Shown: positions 1 through 10,992 of the stretch, one piece after another
Position numbering within the stretch: the first letter of the stretch is position 1
Layout of the letters: each line of letters starts with the position of its first letter
Origin: Neocallimastix sp. 'constans'
Taxonomy: Eukaryota
Length of the DNA: 64,000 nucleotides
Assembly (NCBI GenBank): GCA_050613775.1
Contig: JBODTK010000001.1
Span: 1,054,001-1,118,000 of the forward strand
Reading direction: 5' to 3'
Notes under the pieces: generated by a model
The model's input: the letters and a program-made list of their open reading frames with translations, nothing else
What the model was told of the DNA's origin: nothing
The model's database searches: none
Position numbers and translations under genes: made by a program

Positions 1-921
1 TTTTTTTTTTGAATTTTGGCTTTTGCTTTTGTTGACGTTACTGTTATAGATGATCTACTATTTAATTAATATAAAAATATAATATAAGCCTTCAATATTT
101 ACTTTATTCATTTATATATATATATTAAATAATTGTTTATTGCTATGAATAATATAATAATTTTAGAAAATAAAAAAAAATCATTAAAATACTATTTTAT
201 TTATCTAATAACATTTCTATGATTTAATGATGATAATGAACGTATTATTTAATTAATAAACAAATAAATGATTATAAATTATTGGTAAAAAAAAAATATA
301 AAATAAAATATCTTTGGTAATTAATATATAAATGGATTAAACAATTAATAATTAGATAAATAATATAAATTAATAATTTTTTATTGTCTAAAAATTTAAA
401 AAAAAAACCAAGGTTTAAAAATTTTAAAATTTAATTAAAATTTTAAATATATATTATTTTATAATAGCTGAATTATAATTAATAATTAAATTTATTGTTT
501 TTCTAAATAAAAAAGAAATATTAAGTACAAAAAGTATTTTTATAAAGTTAAGAAAAATTATACACAAAAAAAAAATTGTATTTTTAAAAAGATTATATGT
601 ATTTTCAAATTAATTTATTATAACTTTTTTCCTATGTTATTTAATAGAAAAAAAATATTAATAAATATTAATAAAATTTCAATTTTTTTTAAATAAAAAT
701 AATATAATAAATAATTTAAATAAGACATTATTAGCTTATTATTAATCCATACTTATATATAATATATTAATTTAATCTCGTAAAAAAAATAGCCATCATA
801 TAATTTTAATAAATGATTAAATGATTTTTTTTTATAACAATATATATATATATATATATATACATATATAGGTTGTTATGACTTCCATAGAAAAGCAGGT
901 TATCTTCAAATTCTTTCACTT

Positions 922-966
<45 letters not shown>

Positions 967-1369
967 TTCTTGCTTAACTTTAAATAAATAAAAAATTATA
1001 TTCCATAATTATAATTTAAAAGTAAAGTATACTAATAAAAAATTGCAACTTTTTTTTTTATACATTTTAATACTTGTATTGATTATGAAGTGCTGTCTAT
1101 AAATTTTATAGTTGGTATGAAACTCTTCAATTCAAAACAAATTTCAACTTAAAAATTATATAAATTTCTTTCATCTTTCATCTTTCATCTTTTATTCTTC
1201 TTTTTTCTTTAGTTTTCATTAGAACTTTTTTTAATGAAACTTTAAATGAATTCTATATTAACCATATTATATATTTTGTGGTTATATTATATTACAATTG
1301 TAAATGTTTTCTAAAAAAAAAAAATTCCACAATTAATGAAGATTGAAATTTCAAATTAATTCTTTTTTA

Positions 1370-2190
1370 TTCTATTTATATTATTTATTATTATTTATTT
1401 ATTATTATTTATTTATTATTATTTATTTATTATTATTTATTTACTATTTACTATTTACTATTTACTATTTATTATTTACTATTTATTATTCAATTATTTA
1501 ATTATTTATTATTTGTTATTCAATTATTTATTATTTAATTATTTACTATTTACTATTTATTATTCAATTATTTAATTATTTATTATTTATTATTTATTAT
1601 TTGTTATTCAATTATTTATTATTTAATTATTTATTATTTATTATTTATTATTCAATTATTTATTATTTATTATTTATTATTTATTATTCAATTATTTATT
1701 ATTTATTATTTATTGTTCAATTATTTATTATTTATTATTTGTTATTTATTATTTATTATTCAATTATTTATTATTTATTATTTATTATTTATTATTTATT
1801 ATTCAATTATTTATTATTTTATTTATTATTCAATTATTTATTATTTATTATTTATTATTCAATTATTTATTATTTATTATTTATTGTTCAATTATTTATT
1901 GTTCAATTATTTATTATTTATTATTTATTATTTATTATTTATTATTTATTATTTATTATTTATTATTCAATTATCAATTATTTATTATTTATTATTTATT
2001 ATTTATTATTTATTATTTATTATTCAATTATCAATTATTTATTATTTATTATTTATTATTTATTATTTATTATTTATTATTTATTATTCAATTATCAATT
2101 ATTTATTATTTATTATTTATTATTTATTATTTATTATTTATTATTTATTATTTATTATTTATTGTTTATTATTTATTATTTATTATTTAT
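1370..2190. repeat. (TTATTTA)n 7-mer satellite tract with interspersed TTCAA variants
   Basis: Continuous ttattta units with recurring 'ttattcaattattta'; explains the spurious F/I/Y/L ORFs 1601-2224 and 1713-2192. Confidence 0.9.
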
Positions 2191-3847
2191 AATTAGTTAT
2201 ATTATGAATTTACACACAATTTAATTTTTTCAAATATTGTAAAAAAAGATGGCTAAAGACTTCAAAAATTTTCAATTAATTACATAATATATATTTAATA
2301 TATTAAAATATTTTTATTTAATCTAAAAAAAAAAATTTATTTAATCTGTAATCTAAATTAATAAATTTTAATATTTTTTAGATTCTTTTTTTTTTTTTTT
2401 TTTTATTTTTTTAAATTTATATATATTAAATTATATATAAATAATATATGGAGACCTGTTTATTAAATATATTCATCCATAATCATGAAATTTATTTTCT
2501 ACTTTAATTTATTGTATATCTAAATTAAATATTATATAATATTATATATATTGATATATATAAATATTTTAAATAAACTTTTAACAACAATAATATTAAC
2601 CATTTGTAACCATTTGTATAAATTAAACAAATATAAATATATATAAATATATATAAATATATAAAAATATATAATATATATAAAATTTATATTCATAATA
2701 AAGTTAAAAAAAAATAATAAAATAAAATTAAAAAAATAAAAATAAAATAAAAAAAAGAGAAAATATATATAATGTTACAGAATAAAATGAAAGGTATAAT
2801 AAATAAATTACATATTGACATTTGTCCGATAAATAAAAAAAAAAACTTCATAAATAACTTTTTTTTTCTTATTTTAAATAGATTAGTTTATCTTTTAATC
2901 ATATTATTTTATAATAAGAATACCAACCATGCATTTAGAAATAATGAAAATATAAATATGAAGAAAAATTACTTATATAATAAATAGTTTTATTATTGTT
3001 ACAGATAATAACATATGTAGTTCTAAAAACCGAGAGAATCTCATACTTTTTAATAAATATTGATATATTAAATGTCAAAATGACACTAGATATTATATAT
3101 TTATTAAAAATAAATAATAACAATAGCTCTATGAATAACGTAAAAACAAATGTCTTCCTTTGAAGTATAGTGCATTTATCACTTAAAGGAATAAATAATA
3201 GCAATAAGTAATTTTATTTTTATTAAAAAAAAAATGAATTAATTGTATAGACAATTATAACATATTTATGATCTTTTTTTTTTCCTTATTTAAATAGTAT
3301 TAGTGATTATTTCATATAGTTTTTATTTTAATTCTTAATTTTATTTTTATTTTTACTTTATTTTATTTTTTATTTTTATTTTTATTTATATTTTATTTTT
3401 TTTTTTGGTAATATAAAAACTATTATTTTTTATTATGGTTTAATATGTTTTCAATCCTTTGTATTATCATCATCATTATTGTTTTTATTTTTTTATTTTA
3501 TTATTAATTTTTTTATTGATTAAATTTTTTTTCTTTTTTTTTTTTTTTCAATTTTTTGGTACTTTTATAGTATTTCATTTTACTGCATAAAAATGTTAAC
3601 CTTAAATCAAACCATAAAAATCTTAATTTTAAATTAAAATAAAAAGGAAAAAAAAAAGAAATAAAAAAAAAAAAAAAATTAATATTGGAAAAATAATAAA
3701 AATTTAAATCTTAAATACTTTATTTTTGATTTTATTTATTAGTGTTAATTGTATTATTAATATTTACATAATATATTACAATTAAATTATACGCAATGCT
3801 ATCATAATTTATATGAATTGATAAACATATAACTTTATGTATATATA

Positions 3848-3878
<31 letters not shown>

Positions 3879-5192
3879 GTAAAATCTATGTAATTTAATG
3901 ATAGTTTTTTTTTAATATTTATTTAGTAAATAATAACTATTTTAAGAAAATCAAATTTAGAGATAAACATATAATAGTATAATAATTGATATTAATAAAT
4001 ATTTCAAGTATTTCTAACTTTATTATTTATCGCTTATTTCATTGGAAATAAAAATTTGAAGAAATATAATATAGTATAATATAATAGAGTAAATAGTTTA
4101 ATACAACTGCTAAAAGTTATTTTATTCTTGAGGTATTATAGATCATTTATATGTATATGATATACATATATCCATTTATATGACTTTTATTTTTTATTTT
4201 TCCAAAAAAAAAAAAAAAAAATTAATGTATTGTAATTGTATTTCTATTTTGTATTTTTAATTAATAAATTATTTATATATTCTTATTATTATTATTCATA
4301 TTCATATTTTTATTTTTAAAAAAATGAATCATTCTATTAAAAAAGAAAAAAACGTACCAGTTTTGTTTAATTAGATTAATTTTTATAATAATAATACGTT
4401 TTTTTTATTTTTATTTTATTAATATAACTTTTTTTTTTTTTTTTTTTTTTTTTTTAGAGATTTTATTATCCTATCATAATCTATTTAACAGAAATAAATA
4501 AACCAATGGAATATAAGAATGGAACATCCATTATATATATTTTTTATTTAATTTAAATTTAATATTATATTATTCCACTTTTATGTATGTATTTATTTAT
4601 TTAAATTAATTAATTGCTGTTTTTCATCTTATAATACATTTTTTTTTTATTATAAATTTATATTTTAATAAAAAAAAAATATATATATGAATATACTAAA
4701 TAATTTTTATTCTTATTAATATTATTTTATTTTATTTTTAAAAATTATAATTAAATAAAAATTATTATTTTTAAGATTTAGTTTTTTTTTTTTACTGAAT
4801 ATTAATAATTTTAAGATAAAAAAAATACCCCAATTTATATATCTCAATATTTTACAACTAAATAATAAAAATAATAATAATAATAAAAAAAAAAGTTATT
4901 TAGTAATAATAAGTAATAATATCTATTTAAAAGAAATAAATATTCTATTAAATAATTATTTTTTTTCTAATTTTTTTTCAAAGATTAATTATTTTATTTT
5001 ATTTTATTTTATTTTATTTTATTTTTTTTTTTATTTTTTTTTTTTTATTTTTTTTTTAAAGAAAAAAAATAAGGCTATTATTAACAGAATAGTATATAAA
5101 ATATCATTAAAAATTTTATTATTGAAATTGCTAAAAAAGAAGATATACATATATATATAAATTTAATGAAATAAATTATAAAATTAAAAATC

Positions 5193-6714
5193 ATGAGTAA
5201 TAAGAATTATGGAAATATTTTAAATACTTATATAGTTGATTATGATAGAAATTTTTTGAAATATACCATTTTTCAATTGATTTGTGCAAATGAATTGGGA
5301 ATAGTCATGGAGTTTATAATAAGAAATCAGGATTCGTTCGATAGAAATTTTAATATACAAGATGATGATGGCAATACACCTTTTCATTTATTATGTAAAA
5401 ATGTTGATAAATTAGTTGAAATTGAAACAAAGGATGAAGATTTTTTTATTAGAATTATTAATAAAGGATTCAATGATCATAATCATTTATTTTCAAATTT
5501 TAGTTCACGACCATCATTATCTAAAAGCTTATCTTTAATTAAATACTTAAGTAAATATGTGGAATTTTCTATTAAAAATAAAGAAGGAAAAACTGCAGAT
5601 GAACTTACTAATAATGATAAAGTTCATAATTATTATTGTAAACAATCATATAGTATACGTTCCTTTCAAATCAGATTGTAAACATTATATAGGAGAAGAA
5701 AATGTATATAAAACATATGAATTTTCATTACAAAGTAAATGGAATGAGTTATTTAATTTGAAAGATTATAAACGAAATCATAAAACATTAATGCACTTTT
5801 TATGTGAAGGAGATCGTTTAAGTGCAATACAGTTTTTAATAGAACATGGTGCAAAAATTAATAATCATCCGGAAGGTTCAAGTGCTATCATAAATAGTAT
5901 AATAGTAAATGATTTAGAACCATTTAGATATTTATTTATATCCTATAATAATTTATATTATCCAGCGGGCTTTCATATCGAATATCAAATAAATAAAATT
6001 ATACATAAATATTATATGGGTGGTCTCAATGAACAATATATTTATAAAGAAACAGAACAAATTGCAGAATACTTATATAATCATGGAAGTGATATAACAC
6101 TCAGTGAACAATATGAAAATAATTTTAATATAGTTACAAAGATAATTTATAAATTATTAAAGAAACAAAAGAATCAAGAGGAATCAAAAAACGAAGATCA
6201 AGATAAGAAAGGGAAAAGTAATTTATCTATGTCTGAATCAGAAACATCAGAATTATAATTAAAACAGATAATAAATAATAACAATCATGAGATTAGGGAT
6301 GAACCTTCATCGTCACAAATTTCAATGGATAGAAATAAAAAATTACTATCTCAAAACACATTCAATAACAAAGGTAAAATTGAAATTGAAAAACCCATTT
6401 CTTCTAAAGATAGTGAGTCTTTTGAAAATAAAAATAAGATTGAAACTTCGTTATCAACATCTAAAAAGCAAGATAAAAATGAAATTAAAAGAATGGAACA
6501 TGAGCCTTCCATGAAGGAAGAATATATCAATAGTTCACCATTAGATCGTACAAATCCAGTTAGAGCTAATCTTAATCTTCCAGTTTCTCTCTGGGAAAAT
6601 TTAAGAGAACTGTCAATTTTATCGGGAAAATCAGTAGATCTTCTTTGTTGAGAATTACTTTCGCCTAATTTAGAAGAAAAATTAAAACAAGCTAGAGGGT
6701 TTAATAGTGATTAG
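5193..6714 (+). pseudogene. Disabled, apparently intronless ankyrin-repeat gene with a C-terminal ribbon-helix-helix-like domain
   Basis: Ankyrin motifs FNIQDDDGNTPFHLLC, IKNKEGKTADEL, TLMHFLCEGDRLSAIQFLIEHGAKIN, IAEYLYNHGSDI. One frameshift near 5640 joins ORFs 5193-5681 and 5557-6258. The second frame continues through single stops TAA 6256-6258 and TGA 6649-6651 to TAG 6712-6714. C-terminus reads PVRANLNLPVSLWENLRELSILSGKSVDLLC*ELLSPNLEEKLKQARG. Confidence 0.75.
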
Positions 6715-6721
6715 AAATAAA

Positions 6722-7372
6722 GATAAAAATAAAATAAAATAAATAGTTGAAATATAAATATAAAGTATATATTGAATAAAATAAAATATATAGTTGAGAT
6801 ATAAATATAAAGTACATATTGAATAAAATACAATAAATAGTTGAGAATATAAATATAAAACACTTATTGAATAAAATAAAATAAAAATAAATAGTTGAAA
6901 TATAAATATAAAGTACATATTGAATAAAATAAAATAAATAGTTGAGATATAAATATAAAGTACATATTGAATAAAATAAAATAAATAGTTGAGATATAAA
7001 TATAAAGTACATATTGAATAAAATAAAATAAATAGTTGAAATATAAATATAAAGCACTTATTGAATAAAATAAAATAAAAATAAATAGTTGAAATATAAA
7101 TATAAAGCACTTATTGAATAAAATAAAATAAAAATAAATAGTTGAAATATAAATATAGAGCACTTATTGAATAAAATAAAATAAAAATAAATAGTTGAAA
7201 TATAAATATAAAGTACATATTGAATAAAATAAAATAAATAGTTGAAATATAAATATAAAGTACTTATTGAATAAAATACAATAAATAGTTGAGATATAAA
7301 TATAAAGTACTTATTGAATAAAATAAAATAAAAATAAATAGTTGAAATATAAATATAAAGTACAGATTGAAT
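6722..7372. repeat. Minisatellite, 13 units of 47 or 53 bp (one 54)
   Basis: Core GTTGARATATAAATATAAAGYACWTATTGAAT starts at 6746, 6793, 6840, 6894, 6941, 6988, 7035, 7088, 7141, 7194, 7241, 7288, 7341, separated by (AAAAT)n-type linkers. Confidence 0.95.
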
Positions 7373-7645
7373 ATATTAAAATAAAAATAATAAAAATTAT
7401 ATTATATATATTATAATATACATATTATATATAAATGATAGATATTTAATATAGATAAAATAGAGATTTAAATTTTATAAAAAGTTATATTAAAACCATT
7501 GAGTATTAATTTATAATATTGTAATATTATATCATTATTATCATAATTATTATTATTTAAATATTATTTAAATAATTATAATAATAAACAAATAAATCAA
7601 AAAAAAAAAAAAAAATATTTATAAATTTTTGTTCTTCATCTTCTT

Positions 7646-7673
7646 ACCTATCAATAATTTATTATTGATAGGT
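7646..7673. other. Perfect 13-bp inverted repeat with 2-nt centre
   Basis: ACCTATCAATAAT-tt-ATTATTGATAGGT. Confidence 0.9.
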
Positions 7674-8009
7674 GTATTAAATGTTTTATTTAATATATAT
7701 ATATATATATATATAATAAAAAAAAAAGAAAAATAAAAATAAGAAATAAAAAAATGAAAAAAATAAAAAAAAAAAAAAAAATAGTAGAAAAATAATTATT
7801 AAAATATAAATCCATTCTCTATTCTATCATTAATTCAAAAAAAAAAAAAAAAAAAAGACGAATAAATAATAAGAACTTTAGATTAAAAAATGTAAAGAGA
7901 CATCCATTGATGTAATCCTCATTATTGTCAAAAGTTTCAGCATTAGTTATTCCAAATATTTATATTTGATTTGTAGTTGGAATCATAACTCCTTTTAGCT
8001 ATTTTTTAC

Positions 8010-8329
8010 GTAACTGTTTAGGAGGGTAAAAACTGTACGTAGAGAAAAATTAAGTAGGGATCATGTCGCTGACTTGTATGAATTCTATAGTCCAAATGGA
8101 GAAATCTTCAAAACTTAACCAATCTTATTTAATGATAATCTTTGTGATGACAAAGAAAAATTTAAAGTTATAATTCATGAGAGAATGACTTCATAAGATT
8201 TTTTTAACATTTTTTCTATTATTGATAAAGCTACTGAAGAATCGGTTGGAAGTCTTGCTTTAATACGCATTGATACGACTAACCTTTTTATCAAAATAGG
8301 AAATGTTTTTTTTATTCCGATAAATTAAA

Positions 8330-8360
<31 letters not shown>

Positions 8361-8474
8361 TCAAGATAAGCTATAGAAACTCAAATTGATATAAAAACAA
8401 ACCTCATATCAAGTTTCTTGTCATGTGATATGTCTTTTAAATAATGAAATATTGTCATTATGAATGGAAATGTA

Positions 8475-8517
<43 letters not shown>

Positions 8518-8745
8518 CTCCTTTTGGGTTATGCCACCCATCGTCTTGGTTTTTACCTTTGAAGGTATATTTCGAAATGCAGTTGTATAAAAAGGTTGTT
8601 TTCATGATATTTTATGATTTTTCTATTATTTATAGTGAATGAGAAGTTCAAAAAAAAAAAAAAAAAAAAAAAAGGCCTTACGGATGTGATTATCTGATGA
8701 TAATTTTAATGAAAATTGAAACCAAAAAAAACAAAGACTATACAT
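8010..8745 (+). pseudogene. RimJ/RimL-family GNAT N-acetyltransferase pseudogene, bacterial-like
   Basis: Manual translation across frameshifts gives collinear motifs: V*EGKNC..EKLSRDHVADLYEFYSPNG; FSIIDKATEESVGSLALIRIDTTN..IKIGNV; AIETQ/FLVM*YVF; KYCHYEWKCNQ; HRLGF/TFEGIFRNAVV*KGCFHDIL*F/SIIYSE*; KALRM*LSDDNFNEN*NQ. These follow the family pattern RID.xN..IE.G...TEAQYL..YVF...YRRYEWKC..LN..S...RLGF.FEG.FR.AVVYKGR.RD..W.SI...EW...WL...NFDENG.Q. Confidence 0.88.
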
Positions 8746-9179
8746 AATACGAAATAAAATTATATATATATTATATATATATAAAATTATCTTATTTATA
8801 ATGTCAAAAAAAAAAAAAAGAAAGATTAAGAAAAAATGTACATAAAAAATAATAAAAAGTCTAACAATTTTAATAATAATAATTAATATTAATATTATAA
8901 ATTAAAGTTTATTAATAGTTTTTTTTAATATATAATTAAAAATATTAATAAAAATTTATTTTTGAATGTATTTGAAATATGTAAACTTTAATTATATAAT
9001 TTATGTAATACATTTATGTAAATATTTTAAAATGTAATATAAATATATATATATAAAGTTAAGGTAATGTAATATCATAAAATAAAATAATAAAAATAAA
9101 AACTATGTAATTTTATTTTTATATTTAGCTAATAGTTTTGAGTTTTTATAATAATGTTATAATTTATTTATTTTTTTTA

Positions 9180-9211
<32 letters not shown>

Positions 9212-9263
9212 TGTGATAATTTAATTATTATTTATTTGTAATTATCTTTATATATATTATGTT

Positions 9264-9408
9264 ATATTAATTATTAATGCTCTGCATAACAAATATTTAA
9301 TATAACATTTGGTAAATGAATAAATCATTAAGCATATATTAATTATTAATGCTCTGCATAACAAATATCTAATATAACATTTGGTAAATGAATAAATCAT
9401 TAAGCATA
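9264..9408. repeat. 72-bp near-perfect tandem duplication
   Basis: TATATTAATTATTAATGCTCTGCATAACAAATATYTAATATAACATTTGGTAAATGAATAAATCATTAAGCA occurs twice; ATGCTCTG at 9277 and 9349. Confidence 0.9.
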
Positions 9409-9877
9409 CAATTTATACATTTATATAGATGTATAGATATATATAAATGCATTTGATTATATTAATGTAATTATAAATATAATTAGAATTATATATATTT
9501 AAACTTTTTTTTTTATATAATTTTTTTTAAAAGAAAAAAAGAAAAAATAAAATAAACTAGTATTGAAAAAAAAAAGAAAAATAACTTTAGATTTAATGTA
9601 AGATAAAGAATACATATAATATATATATTTAAATTTTACAAAAAAAAAAAAAAAAAAAAAAACTTTAGTGGTTTGATAATTAATTTGATTAAATCTTTGT
9701 TGTAAAATTTAGACAAAAATGAATAAATTATTACTAAAATTGGATTATAATATAAAAGGTAGTTTTTATTTTTATTTTTTTTATTTTATTTCATTTTATT
9801 TCATTTTATATAATTATATATTTTTTATTTTCATTTCACTTCTTTATTTTAAACTCCTGAATTCATAGTGAATTCCA

Positions 9878-10156
<279 letters not shown>

Positions 10157-10871
10157 CTAAAAAGTGAATAAAAAAGGAAAAAAAATTTTTTTTTTATAAA
10201 TATTAATAAATTACTAATTTATAATTATTATTTATTAACTAGTAAATTAAATATCGCAAGTTTAAATTTTTAGGTTATTTATAAAAGAAAATTTAGTTTT
10301 AGAAAAAAAAAAAATAAATATATACTTTATATTTATTAATATTTTAACTATGCTTTTTTTTTTCGTTTTAAAATAATATAATACAATAATACCAGATAAA
10401 ATACAAAATAAAAAATATATTTATATTTTTTATTATGATATTACATTTCAATTTTTTTTTTCAATTATTTTATTTTAAGATTTAGAAATTGATAAATCAA
10501 AAAAAAAATTTCTGGTTTTTTCCTAAAAGGGTATTTTTTTTTAATTAAAATTTGTAGTTATTTTTTGAGTATATAAAATTTTTATATATTAAACGTTGAA
10601 TTTGATTTAAAAAAAGTTCAACATTATTTACCAATATTTATTTTATCTATTTATCTATTTATTTATTTATATTATTTATTAATATCATTTTAAAATTAAA
10701 TATAAAGATATTGATATAAAGTTTTATTTTATTATTTGTAATTTTAAAATAATAGAGTTAAAAATAATAATGTTCGTAGTATACTGATAATTTAACAATT
10801 AAACTCATAAAAATTTATAGAATAAAATATTAATTATAAATTTTATTAAAAAAAAAAATAATAATAATTAT

Positions 10872-10992
10872 ATAAATTTATGATAATTATTTGTCAAAGG
10901 AAAAAGAAAAAAAAAAAGATAAAAATATAAATTTATGGGTAATTATTTGTCGAAGGAAAAAGAAAAAACAAAAACATAGATTTATGATAATT
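10872..10992. repeat. Approximately 55-bp tandem duplication
   Basis: AAATTTATG(AT/GGT)AATTATTTGTC(A/G)AAGGAAAAAGAAAAAA twice, plus a partial third copy. Confidence 0.75.

Noticed and set aside
1080..1265. Slightly complex, possibly ex-coding segment on the minus strand
   Set aside because: Multiple stops and no recognisable motif.
1601..2224. ORFs of 207 and 159 aa
   Set aside because: Translations of the TTATTTA satellite.
6256..6651. Alternative nuclear genetic code explaining the in-frame TAA and TGA
   Set aside because: The three intact genes end at TAA and have long frames free of internal stops; Trp in the ankyrin gene is TGG.
6682..7163. Three minus-strand ORFs
   Set aside because: Translations of the 47/53-bp minisatellite.
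6722..7372. CRISPR array (32-bp core starts GTT and ends ATTGAAT, like many CRISPR repeats)
   Set aside because: Intervening sequences are short, near-identical (AAAAT)n linkers rather than unique spacers; no cas genes; eukaryotic context.
8381..8642. ORFs 8381-8605 (-) and 8460-8642 (+)
   Set aside because: Antisense or mostly off-frame readings of the GNAT pseudogene.
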